This document shows, piece after piece, positions 40,291-52,799 of a stretch of DNA of 64,000 nt. The notes below the pieces were generated by a model, which ran no database searches, was not told the DNA's origin, and worked only from the letters and a program-made list of their open reading frames with translations. Each line of letters opens with the position of its first letter. Position 1 is the first letter of the stretch. Both the position numbers and the translations under genes were made by a program. This DNA is from Chiloscyllium plagiosum (Eukaryota), in NCBI RefSeq assembly GCF_004010195.1, contig NC_057751.1, positions 18,073,325 through 18,137,324 of the forward strand, read 5' to 3'.

Positions 40291-43089
40291 CTGAATAGAT
40301 TCTGTAATTCTCGTCTTCATCAAACAATATACCTGCATGTACCTTCAAACGTCCCTTCCCAACTCCAACTCTTTGCAATCAAAACTAACATTTCTACAGC
40401 ACAGGAATGAATGTTTGAGCGAAAACAACTTTTGACACATTTTGTCCCCCAACCCCGTACTTACATAATTTCATATCTTAATTAATGTCTTCCCTGCCTT
40501 GTGCCGTTGGACCATTGGACCAATTAGTTCCTATTGTTCTCCTCAGTCCAACCCCCAAAAAGCACCATGACAAATCTATCTGTATTTCACATGCAGAAGT
40601 TTAAAAGATGACAATCTACAAATTGTGAGATGCGTTTAAACCTGCAAGTCATGATACATGTTTCTGAAGGAGCGAGATATGCAGTTTAGGTTTGTTCACA
40701 TTAGCCGTTTGATCTCCACCCAGGAATGACATTTAATTTTAATTGTAAAAAAAAGAAAAAAACTGGAATTAGGAATCCATATGCTTTTGACTGCAGCCAA
40801 GGTTCACCAGAATAATAAATGGACAATTAGAATGCAGTGACTAGAAAACAAAATGTTAAAAATTCAATCTTAAATTCCTGGAATTTAGAAGTGAATTGGA
40901 TTAGCCTTAATTGCCACTTGCACTTAAATGATTGAAGTAAATAGTTTGCAATTTTTGCCACTTTTATGCCAACTAATGCACCGATAATGGAAACATATGT
41001 CTTTGTTGCAGACTTGAATCAATCTTTTTTTTTTTTAAAAAAAGAACATGACAATAAAGAATAGATAAGTTTTTTAAAATACAAATACTCGAATTTTCGA
41101 CTTTTCAATGACACCATGCCAATAATAACCATTCAGTCTGCCTGGGCCACGTTTCTGAACCAAACTGGGCATCAATCCTTTGAGGACTCAGAAAAGGTTA
41201 GAAGTGATTACATATTTTGATTGAATAATGAAAAGTGATGTTTTTTTTCATAGAGAGCAATATGTCTTGTCGATTTCGGAGATTAGGGTTGGATCATCGT
41301 CTAAATCTGTAACAATGGTCTGAAACCCTTTTGAAATTCCCGTGCTGGTTTCACCATGCATTTCACTATTGATTAGACCACCCCCAACATGATCCTGAAT
41401 AAATGCTCCCAGGACAGTGACAGCACAGTGCTCCTTCTACAATAAAATCTCACTGCACGCTCGCCATCAAATATACCTAACGCAGGTATCACACAGGATT
41501 CAATACAGAATAAAGATCTTTGAGTTTTTTCAAAAGGAAGCAAATTTCTCTTTTTAATGCCGTCATAAAATACTCCACCGGCCAGTACCGAATTGGTTTA
41601 CAAGCCCTCTACTTCTTTAAAACCTTCCTTTACACTGTCCCATCAAACACTTTGAGGACAGTTAAAACAAGAGGTTAGATATAGAGCAAAATTTGTTCCG
41701 GGTGCCAATGACTGAGCAGCACAAAATGGCTAATGGCTGCCCATTGTTAATGTAGCAGAGTATGCCAAACAGTAGTTACCATGCTCGGAAAATATTTGAT
41801 TAATGTCGTCTTCACAAAAACAATGATAGTAGCTTTGTAGATTCACGGTACTTTACTGACATAGAATATGCAGCTGCAGTTGTTTATGCAAAAGACATAA
41901 GTATCCACACGACATTTAATTAGTGAATTTTCCTAAAATACTAATCGTACTTTCCAGTTGCGATCCTTCACATAGTCGTGGATGAAAGTTTCTGAAGCTA
42001 TTGTTTATTCACCTATATACAAAAATATTGAGGGAAATGATTCAAATATACTTACGTGAGCAAGCCTGGCTCAGACATTAAGAATCATCCCCCTCGTCAT
42101 TACATGGAGATATGAGTCGTAGGTACAGAGCCTGGCAGGCATTGTAGTATGGTTTGAATAAGAATATACAGGACAGCCAAGAATAAAGACAGAGGTTTAT
42201 CATAAATACTACAAGAAAGAAAACGCTCATAGCTTTTTGTTAACGATTTCAAAAGTTAGTTGTAATCACATAACTGTGTTGGAACAGATATTGTAACATT
42301 TAATAAAAATGAGTATTAGTTTTTGTTTACTGCAACGAGGTGAATAAGCAATTTAAATTGTTCCGAAATGACAGGCAAGTATCCAAATAATTGGCAGTTA
42401 ACCTGTTGCAGCCGGAAAATGTCGAGGCAAGAATGTACTTGAATACAGTGTCCATTTCGAAAATCTGCACGAAGGAAGGTAAGAACGTTTGGGAAACGTC
42501 ATGAGACCATGGTGGACTGCGGGCTGATGACGAGCCTAGCCATCTCTGACGTTCAGTCATATTATTCAACTGACCAGAGATGTATATAATTAATCAATAA
42601 TATGACAGGTTTGTAAATATTAAAGACAGAATGAAGCCAACGTATAACAATGTGCATTTTACTTCGTTCGCAGAAGAAGCTTTTCGTATTTTCAGAGGGT
42701 TTATTTCCACCGGTGAAACTTCAATAAACACTTGATTTTGGAAATGAATTCCTGGGTATCCAGTGAATCATTTGTTTATTCCACACCAAGACCTTTCTCT
42801 GTACTGACTCCACCACGTATTCCTATGGCAGGAAAAACACTGAGTTAAATGTAAAGTAAATCTGCCTCTGCAGTATCCTCTCTTTGTTCTCAGAAGATAG
42901 GTGCACTACCATTTTAAAATTGATTAAATCTCTCTCAGTGCATTTTTCACTCAAGCAATCTTCAGTCCCACAGCGGTAAATATCTGCAGTACACAATCCA
43001 GAGTTTGTAAATCATCGTAGTTGATCAGATTTTAGCTCCCACTGTTATGTCAAAGCCAGTGCTGGGACGCCTACTTGCAGGGACTCAAA

Positions 43090-44093
43090 AAAGGTAGGGG
43101 TGATGCATGTTTAAGGTGAAAACGAGGCGGGTTAAAGTGGAATTGAAGGATTTGTTGCGTCTGAAAGAGTGGTGGAGCTTTGGAATGTATTGCCTTGAAG
43201 GATAGTTGAGGCGGGAAAGGTTACAATCTTTAAACAGTTCTTGGATGAATAATAGAAGTTTCACAGCATTGGTCCAATACGGGCAGGTCGATCATGTATG
43301 GGTATCAGTGGGTTTTATGGCACTAAGTACTTGAAGGGCTGACAGGTGTCTTTGGAATGATATGATTCGGGAAAAGGTTCAATAACGAAGAAGGGAGTTA
43401 ATCACTGACTCAAAACAAATGTCAAGAGGGTGGTGACAATTAATGCTTTCAAAATTTCAGTGCAGGATTACTGGTCAAACAGTCACTCTCCATAACGTAT
43501 GATCCTTCGCTTAAAAACGTATGAGAGCTTTCCATGCTTTTCCTGAGATGAGTCATTACTCATACTTTTCGTCCAGTTTCAAATGAAAATAAACTATCAC
43601 TTTCAAAGTGAATGTTTGACTCACAAAGCAAAATATTTATTTTACGGTTTCTGCAATTTTGCAATTAATAACATAACACTACTTTTTTATTAATTAAGAG
43701 GAGAAAAGCAGCGGAGTAGTTGGTTGAGTGCTGAATTTATTGAGGTTTATATAATTATGTGGGGCATGCAAAAGGTATATGAGGAGGGACTTTGTCTTCG
43801 AGTGGGGTAGTTTCAAATCCAGGTGGTGCATTTCTAAACTGAGATGAGAAAGATTCAAAATGAACATGACAGGCAACTGCTTGCACAGACAGTGGTTCCT
43901 ATGTAGAATATACTGTCAAAGAACTGTCTTGGATGCAAATAAACTAAGAAAGATTAAAGGACATTTCATTCAGTGCATGAATATGAAAGGTTTGGAAGGA
44001 CACTGGTCAAGTGAAGGCAGGTGAAACTAGATTATTTTGGGAACATGGTCGGCATGGAGTGGTTGGCCTGATTCCATGGTGTTTGACTCTGAC
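43090..44093 (+). mobile_element. Two old CR1 3' fragments (about 43090-43350 and 43700-44093)
   Basis: Decayed FKVR...RVV..WN.LP-type ends and 3' UTR motifs. Confidence 0.6.
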
Positions 44094-44094
44094 T

Positions 44095-45000
44095 GCAGAG
44101 AAAGGGGTTGGGTGGGCAGGGTGGTGAGTTGGGGACGGGTGAATTTAACTTGATGGTACGACCTCATAGGTCGATGGGATGACTGAATATAGTTGGTGGC
44201 GATAATGAAGGGTCGATGAGAGGAATGGAAGGGAGCAGGCAGAGGTTGGATAGGTAATCAGGTGATGGTACCTTCATCTGTAACTGGAAAAGCTGCAAAT
44301 CCTGCCGGCAGACTACACCCAACCCCGACATGCAAAGCCCTGAACAGTCCTTCCAGGTGAGACAGAGGTTCACCTGCATCTACTCCAACATAGTTTACTG
44401 TATCCAATGCTCCCACATGGGGTCTACTCTACTTCAGGAAGAGCAAACATAAATTAATGGAACACTATGCAGAGCATCTCAGCCAGCCGGGCAAGAGTCG
44501 ACATAACTTCCCAGTCACTGTCCAGTCTGTCCAGTCGCTTCCCACACCAATCCTGATATGACCATCTATGCCCAGCTCCTAGGCCACAAAGAATCACACT
44601 GAAAATTCGAGGAACAGCACCTTATCTTTGACCTGGGCAACACAACGCCAAGAGGGCTCAATGTTGAGTTCTCCAACATGAAATAACCTTACTTCCCATC
44701 AAGCGACTCCCTTCCCAGACTCTCCTCCTTCTCTTCTATTTCTCTCATCGACCCAAAGGCACCAATCGGATTAATTCCTCCCATCGATCAACCAGGTCCA
44801 ACCGACTACCCGAGTTTATGCATGTCCAGTTAACCACCCTGCCCCTCACCCCCTTCATCTAGAGTTCCCCGTACACCCACCCTCAGTCTTGAAGAAGCAT
44901 TGCACCCCATACTTTGACGTTTCCCCCTCCTGATGCTGCCTGGTTGTTATGTAATAGCAACTTTCTGCTTTTCTCCCGTGGTTTACACTATCTGCAGTTT
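44095..45000 (+). mobile_element. Penelope-like element 3' fragment (GIY-YIG endonuclease) with an inverted partial terminal repeat
   Basis: FQVRQRFTCIYSNIVYCIQCS...EHYAEHL...EEQHLIFDLG. 44095-44235 is an inverted copy of about 44720-44860. Confidence 0.75.
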
Positions 45001-45890
45001 GTTTTGGGACTGAATGACTGGCTGCTCTTGCTTTACTCGTTCTTTTCTGGCAATTATGATGAAAGAATTGAACCGATCGTACATAATAGTGATTAGCCTG
45101 TCTGTCCTGAAACGAGATGCGGAAGCATTCTGATGAACAGATTGAGAGATTTCATTCAGTGAAGCTCAATGTGCATTCACTTCCACTTCGACTGACTTAT
45201 GATTTGAGTCATGTAACTGCCTTCAGACAATAAACTGATATTAACAACAATCTTCCACGGGAAGCGAGTGTCAGAGACAATGCTGACACTTATCGTTCTT
45301 CCCGAATTTCTCTAAAGGCAGTTAACATGCAAACACATGGCTATGGGTTTGGAGTCACGTTTAAATAAAACAAGGTAACGACGACATATTTACATCCACA
45401 GAGGATATTAAGGAACTGCGACTTTCTTTTTTCAGAAATCCACAGTTTTTGAATGTTTTAGACTGAGCCATTCTAATTCGTTAACTAATTTATTTCAAAT
45501 GTTGCCAACTGCTGTCGTGAAAGTAAATGCAGCAGAACATTAGCCTGGGTTATTGATTACTAAGCCAGATTTCAGAGCACTAACCCCCTTCCCCCCACTT
45601 CTCATCATCGCGAGGCATTTGGAGTAAGTTTAACAAAATTCCAAACCAGAAGAAAACTCAGTTAGGTCCCGACGATTTCACGACTTGAATCAATAGTCCA
45701 GACTTACCCAAGATAGTGCCGGATCATGGTGACTTCTTGGGAGAGGCCTACAGCATTCTTGTATATGTCACATATTTTTGCAGGTCTGAAAACCGTCTGA
45801 TCGACAAGAAGTGAATACCAATGTTGAAAGCATAAGACAGACCTCCCTGTGTAAATATGAATTAATAATCAGAAGAACTGCACAGACTGT

Positions 45891-45932
45891 AAAGTGCTGA
45901 GGACGGGTCACCAGACCTGAAACATTAACTTT
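45891..45932 (+). ncRNA. Hammerhead-like motif at the head of a Penelope terminal fragment
   Basis: AAAGUG-CUGAGGA-C-GGGUC-ACCA-GACCU-GAAAC-AUU-AACUUU. Stem II has 5 bp and stem I has 5 bp (AAAGU/ACUUU). Stem III has a likely CpG-decay change (G to A). Confidence 0.5.
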
Positions 45933-47926
45933 GATTTCTCTTCACATACGCTGCAGAGCTTTTCCAGCACCTTATGCTTTTGCGTCCTTGCGTAAACCTG
46001 GAACTGCGACACGACCAGCTTGGGAATGAGAGTTCACCCCACAGTGACAAGACATCAAGGAGGCCCAACCAGATGTAATGCTCATCACACACAGGGCAGC
46101 GTCTGTTGCCCACGAAACCGCCAGATACAATCCTCACTTACTTTCTGAAGCAGCAGATTTCTCTCACTAACCTCTGAGATGAAAGAGCAACAGAGTGGAC
46201 CTCTGCCCCGGGTCCGTTGTGAGCACTTACTCGGACCAGCTAAATCACTCACCAACATGCGGGACCGAATGCGAGCACCCACCCACGCAGGAAAACTTCG
46301 AGGAACGCTGGATGTCAGTTGACTGTGAAACTCCGAGATGTCAATACCTATTCTGTCCCGAGCATATAATTGGGAAACATCCAAACAATGGACATAAAGA
46401 TGGATGACCTTAAGGATAGACATGCTTTCGAAGGGGAATTGAGAGACTTTTGGATGGTCCATTTCACAGGGACATGGCACACCACGGTTACAGCTGAGCA
46501 TCAGTTCAAGAAAACGACTGCTCAATGTCCTCAGGCAAGTGAAGGTGCTGTGGAGTCGACCATTAATAACACCACCTTGTGTTCATTCATGTCAACTCTG
46601 CTGAGTTACTACTCCCTGAAACTAAATATCTTCCAGGAGAGTGTTTTACCTACTACCTACCATGTGTGCTCACTTCTGCTATCCCAAAAGTGGTCTATAC
46701 TCCACCCTATGTGCAAGTGAAGAATGCACTTGATGAAGTAAACAAAGTTAGGAACAGTCTTGAGATGGAATAACTGGAAGCCCCGTTGATCTTAGTTGAT
46801 TACTTCAACCAATTAAATCTCAAGAGTGTGTTACCAGAGTAACAAATAGAAATGTCTTGTCTCTACAGAGGTCGAAACGTCATTGACCATTAAAGACGGC
46901 TACAACCATTAAAGAAGTCTAACTCTTCATGCGTGCGCATTTACAAAAATCGGACCACAACACTGTCCTTCTATTCCGGCTTCCAAGCAGAAATTATAGC
47001 GTGAAGACCCAGTACAGTGTTGATCTGAGGAAACAGATGCGTTTCAATGGGACTGCTGAGAAACAGTGGAAACGTCCATGATCAAGAAACCAGCTGAAAA
47101 CCTAAAAGTGTATGCCACTACTGTTACAGACTTTATCAGCAAATATGTGGATGTCTGCGTGTCAGTGAAATTAATCTGGACGTCCCTCAACTGGAAACCA
47201 TGATTGACCTGAAGAATGCAGTCGGTATTGAAGCCAAAAGCTGAGTAGGTTATGTCGGGTGACGCTGACATTTACACGGAATTCAGGCACTACATTAGCA
47301 ATGCTATCAGGAACACCAAGATGCAACACAAAACTGTGCATGCGATCAGACGAAGCATATAATCGCCCAACGTTGTGACAAAGCTTAAACGACATAACAA
47401 GCTAAAAAAACGAAAACAAAAAAGTATCACGGGCGACAGGATTTTCCTACATACTGAGTTCTGTGCATTATATGCTCGCTTTGAACAGAAGGGCAGTGAA
47501 ATGACGCCACATGTCCCAGCAGCTAGGGATCCAGGTGTACAATAAGACTTTGCCACAGACGTTCGATCTGCCTTCACAGAGGGAACCCATGGAAAGTGAT
47601 AGATCCAGAAGAAGTTTCCGCATGTGTCCTGAATTACTACGCAGATTTTGAGAATTTGCAGACATCATTAACCTCTCTTCAAAACGGTTTGATGGTGCCA
47701 ACTGCTTCAAGTGGACTACAATAATACGAATAACAAAGAGAAGTCATAATGTGCACCTCACTGACAACCACACAGCAGCTCTGACATCCATAACTATGAA
47801 ATGGTTCGACAGGTTTTCCTCCCAGATTGCCTTGATCCAATGTAATTCACCTACCAGTATAACATATCCAATGCAGAGACAATCTTACACTCATGTCGGA
47901 AAGTCTTGACAAGAAAGATACTGATG

Positions 47927-48088
47927 GAACATATGAATCGACATTTCGGGCAAATGCCCTTTTTCAGGAAGGGTACATGCCAAAAATGTAGATTCCCCTG
48001 CTCCTCGAATGCTGCCTGACCTGCTGCACTTTTCCAGTAACACACTCTTGACTCTGACCACCAGCATCTGCAGTTCCCTCCCAACAAC
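47927..48088. mobile_element. Short Penelope-derived insert with back-to-back hammerhead-like remnants and a 10-bp TSD
   Basis: gatactgatg at 47917-47926 and 48089-48098. Minus strand reads CUGAAAAA-GGGC-AUUU-GCCC-GAAAUGUC. Confidence 0.7.
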
Positions 48089-49839
48089 GATACTGATGTA
48101 AGCTTCTATTTATTGACCAGTGTTACACCTTCCAAACCATAATTCCAAATAAGTTCAACTGGAAACTTCATGATCTAGGTCTCTGCTCTTGCCTCGATAG
48201 ACGGATTCTCGACTTCTTGACCAACAGGCCACAACCAGTGAGTAGAGGCGATAATGCCTTCTTCACTTGTGCCCTACAAGGCATAAACACGACTGTGCAG
48301 CTAAATTTCACATAAACGTAAGTATCTAGGTCTCTGCTCCTGCCTCTACAGATGGACCAAGTGGCCACAGCCAGTGAGTACAGGCGGTGATGCCTTCTCC
48401 ACTTGTGCCCCGCAAGGCATAAACATGACTGTGCAGCTGAATTCCTCATCAACTCCAGTGTCAAGTTACAAGCTTGTGAAACGACTGTGTAGATCTGAAG
48501 CAACGTCGAGAATGAATACAGGAAGGAGATGGCTTGCTTAGCAATTCAGTGTCAAGACGGTATTCTTTCCATCACTGTCAGCAAAACAAAAGCATTAGTC
48601 ATTGACTGCAAGAAAAAGAGGGCACGCCCCTGTCTATATCAATGGTGCTGAGGTGAAAACGAATTGAAAACGTCAAGTTCCTGCACGAGGCGACCAGCAG
48701 CAATCTGTCTTATGCTCCCATGTTGACACCTCGGTGAAGAAAGCGCAACAACGCCTTTTCATTCTAAAGAGGCGAATTAATTTCAGCATGTGCATAACGA
48801 ATCTAATCGCTTTCAATAGATATACCATATGCTGTAGCAAACCACTTGGTAAATTCATTTTGAATTTCAGATAGATATCATTGTCTCAGGTGTTGTGTCC
48901 GTAAACCAGGAGGACAATGCTCCTCTTCATCTCAAATTCTAAACGTTAGGCCAGTACTTGTATCATTGTTCAGGTTAAGTGTCAATGCACCTTGTGTACA
49001 CTGCATTTGGAAAGCACTGTACTGTTCCAAATTCAAGCATTACTGTTTGAGACAAAACTTGCGACACTTCCACACAGTTGATATATAGGTCCCTCGCAGG
49101 TAGGTGAAAATTGATGTCTCACATGTCCAGATTGCCCACATCAACGAACTTCGCAACGTTACAAAGCACTAAAATTCAGGGAAATGCCAACTTGAAGGAT
49201 ACAATCCAGATGACGCCAGTTACCCGACAAATTCATTAACATCATGCAACAATTCGAAAACAGCTCACGGCCATATTCAATGCATTATCCTTTAATTGCA
49301 TGCATACTCAAGTCCGGAAGAAAATGATTACAGAGAAAAGTAATAATGTTGTCATTCAGGGCGCCATTTTAAGTACCGAAAATAAACTGTTTCATTCCTT
49401 TTACCACCCGTAACAGATACCAATTCATAAGCTCTCCCTGCTCCATTCCATGCCTCCAGCCCATTTAGTTCAGTACATCATGAGGCTGCCAGTTCGCTGA
49501 ACTCCAACTCTCATATGCTCCATGCGGCTCTGAGGCTGCAGCCCTCTTTGCTCCGCTGCTCCACGATATTTCAGAAAACTCCACGTTTCAACATTCCAGA
49601 GAAGAAATAGAGTGAAGAAAGGGAGAGAAAGAAAGGAATTGCTGATCCCCCAGGTGGGAATTCCGAACGCTTCCTACTCTGCCGCTGCTTTCTTGGAAAA
49701 TTGAGGAACAGTGGGATTTTCTTCCTGGTGTGATCACCCCAGGTTAACATTATTTAAACCAGTAAATAATTCATCTCACTTATATGTCATTGAACTTTTT
49801 TTTGGGATACACCTTTTTTTTGGGATACGCCTTTTTGAA

Positions 49840-50705
49840 GTGAATTGAATTGAATTGAATTTATTGTCACGTATACCGAGGCACAGTGAAAAGCTTTGTC
49901 TTGCGAGCAACACAGAGTTAAGTAACATAGATAGTAAATCATAGGTAAACAGCGGCAAAAGCAAAAACACAGGTACAGGCGAATGTGAAGAATTCGTGAG
50001 TCCATTAAGCATTCTCACAATTGTCGGCTAGAAACTTTTATGAAACCGGCTGATGCGTGTGTTCGGGTTTCTGTACCTTCTCCCAGATGGTAGAGGTTGT
50101 AGAAAAACATTGCCAGGGAAAGATGGATCTTTGAGAATGCTGGCGTCCTTTCCTTGACAGCGGGCCTAGTTGATGTATTCTGTAGATGGGAGGTTGGAAA
50201 TTGTGATTGTCCGGGCCGAGTTAATCAATCTCTGTAACTGTCTCCGATATTGGATGGCACAGTTGCCAGTCCAGGTCGTGATACATCCAGACAGAATGCC
50301 TCCGATGTCGCTTCTATAAGGTTGGCAAGTGTCGTCACCGTCATTGGTCCTTTGTAACTGATGTGGCCACATGAGAAGTCCAAGAAAGCTTGCTGTGAAT
50401 GGCCACTCCCAGGAGCTTGACACACACCACTCGTTCCACCTCTGTGCTGTGAATGTGTAGGGGGTTATGAGTAACATCTTGCCAAACGTCAATAATGTTT
50501 TTGTTGTTTTTGCAGCATTGACAGCTAGGTTGTTCTCACTGCCCCATTTTTCCAGGTCTTCCATCCCCCGTCTGTAGTCTGTTCTGTCGCCATCTGAGAT
50601 TCGACCGACTGTGATGGTGTCATTAGCGACATTGTAAATGGCATTCCTCTGGTATTTGGCGACGCAGTCATGGGTATACAGTGAGTAAAGTAGTCCTTGG
50701 CATAT
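49840..50705 (-). mobile_element. Rex1/Babar 3' fragment
   Basis: LLYSLYTHDCVAK...YNVANDTITVGRI...ILSGCITTW, with an (ATTCA)n tail. Confidence 0.85.
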
Positions 50706-52799
50706 TTGAATCCATAGTTTCTGTGTTTCGATAATGACCATGTCATATTTGATATTTAATTAACAGTGCACTGAAATTTCAATGAGATTTTATTTCATGT
50801 TCATGATATACACAGAAAATGATCCTTCTAAGAAAGCCACAAGAAAGTTACCTGCAATCTATCAGAGTCCCAAATTCTTAAATATTAACAGCACGCTGAC
50901 TGGAAAAATTTATCCCCTCAGTCCATACTTTCTGAACTCTCAACCAAGCTCTCTGCGACTTAGTTCAAGATTATCCCACCAAATTGAAACAAAGTTTTTA
51001 TAATCAACATTGTAAACATTTTCAAGTTAGCTATACATCTGAAAGAGAACATGTCTTGTTATTTTCCTGTAATCCACGAATCGCTGAATTGCCCGTCTTA
51101 ATCATTCCTCATTGCTCAACATTCGTAATTTGACTACTGAGAAAAGTGTGATGATACAGTGCCATAAAGAGACGTTTACCATCTCGTTCGTTTTGCAGAC
51201 GAGTGTTGTCAACGTGGTGCCGAAATTCTCCCCCAGTCGGGCAGTTGTTTAAGACTCCTGATTTCACACTTCCTTTTTTTTTTACCCAAACAAAAAAAGT
51301 CATGATTGAGCACGACAAGACTCACACAGAACCAATGGATTTGCTTTCACATACTCGATTTTTTTTTATTTGTTCCTGGAGCACACAGTTTGAGTACTCT
51401 GTTGATACAGTGAGAACATGGACAAGAGAGGCTTCGTCTATTTAAATCACAAGACAGAGAACGTTCCTTTCAGTTTTTCTTTCTACCGGGCTGGAGTGAG
51501 ACAGGACGTGAATTACATTTGCAAAGGGCATGTTTATAATAGAATCCCGATGAATAAACAGTTGGTGAGCCGTCATTAAATAATACAATAACTTGTTTAG
51601 TTATATTAATGGGGAAACTTTTCTTTTTGATTAACTTTAACTGTGTTGTAAGAATATAGTATGTTTTCTTGAAAGTTTCGTTGTAGGAAAATCGAATCAT
51701 ATGTTGGACACAGCGCCTTACACTTGCTTTAATAAAGTATAACTGGGAGGTGTGTGGATCAGGTCGGGTCTGCTCTCGCACATAATATCAGGCGAACATC
51801 TGCCGAGAATGGAAATCCTTCAGACATAATCACATGCCCAGAACAGAAATAAGGGAACTTCTATATTTAGAATCGTCTCTCTCCCACTGCACTGTTATCA
51901 AACGTGGTATGTAGAAATACTGCTTGAATAACCGATTCTCAGGCATTCAATCGAAATCTCTAACTACCTAGAACGCTCACTTAATATTATTTAACATTAC
52001 CTTCAATTTCTCTGGTTGTTTCATCCTGTAAAAGCCTTCAGATATTCTTTTCAAATGTTTTACATTCGCACGGTCACATCATTATACTGTCATACTTATT
52101 TCACACGCTTGGTCTCCGACACAGCTGCTTAATCTTTCAAAGGATCCATGTAAAATACATGCAACACACTGAAATTTTCTTCGTGAGTGAAACAGACAGG
52201 GTCATGTGATGTTGCTGTGGGGAGCACGAAGTGCAGTGTTTGCAACATGATTTCACATTCGGAAGCGAAACCCAGACAACGTGTACTTTTTCCAGCCTTG
52301 TCCCCACAGCCCATACCGTTATACCATACCTCCTCACTAATCAAGGGACAGTCTGATGAGAGACATGATCAGCTTTAGCTAAACGTCACTGATTTCATAA
52401 ATCGCCAAAATGTATGTTGTACAAAACTCATTTATTTGCATTCAGGCTTCCAAGAGTTCATTGTGTAAAGGATGCATTAACGTTTGGTGAAAGATAGTGT
52501 CATGGTTATGGTTCACGAGATATTTGGCATTGATTTAAAGTAGTCAGTTCGACAATGAAAACCAGTAATTTGAGGATCAGGACGGAGTTGTGACGGATTT
52601 CTTTTTACTTGTTGCAGTCTGGATAAAAGCACATACAGGATTACAGTTTATTAGGGTTTAGCCATCAAATTCAGCACTGGAATTAGGGACAGGGTTGTAG
52701 TTAATATTAAATCTGGCATAAGGATAAAAGTGGAATTTCATTTGAAATTAGAACATTGGTTTAATTTACTTCTGGGTTTCGTTGAAGTATACAGTTTAC

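Larger units (their letters stand above)
45708..48830 (+). mobile_element. Degenerate Rex1/Babar element, paralogous to 21694-24400
   Basis: Starts ccaagatagtgcc. YATTVTDFISKYVD and EFADIINLS motifs. Ends at the same junction with unique DNA as the first copy. Carries two Penelope-derived inserts and an internal tandem duplication. Confidence 0.7.

Noticed and set aside
41390..42990. Decayed tacactgtcccatcaaacact...gttagatatagag units
   Set aside because: Probably remnants of a common shark minisatellite, too degenerate to delimit.
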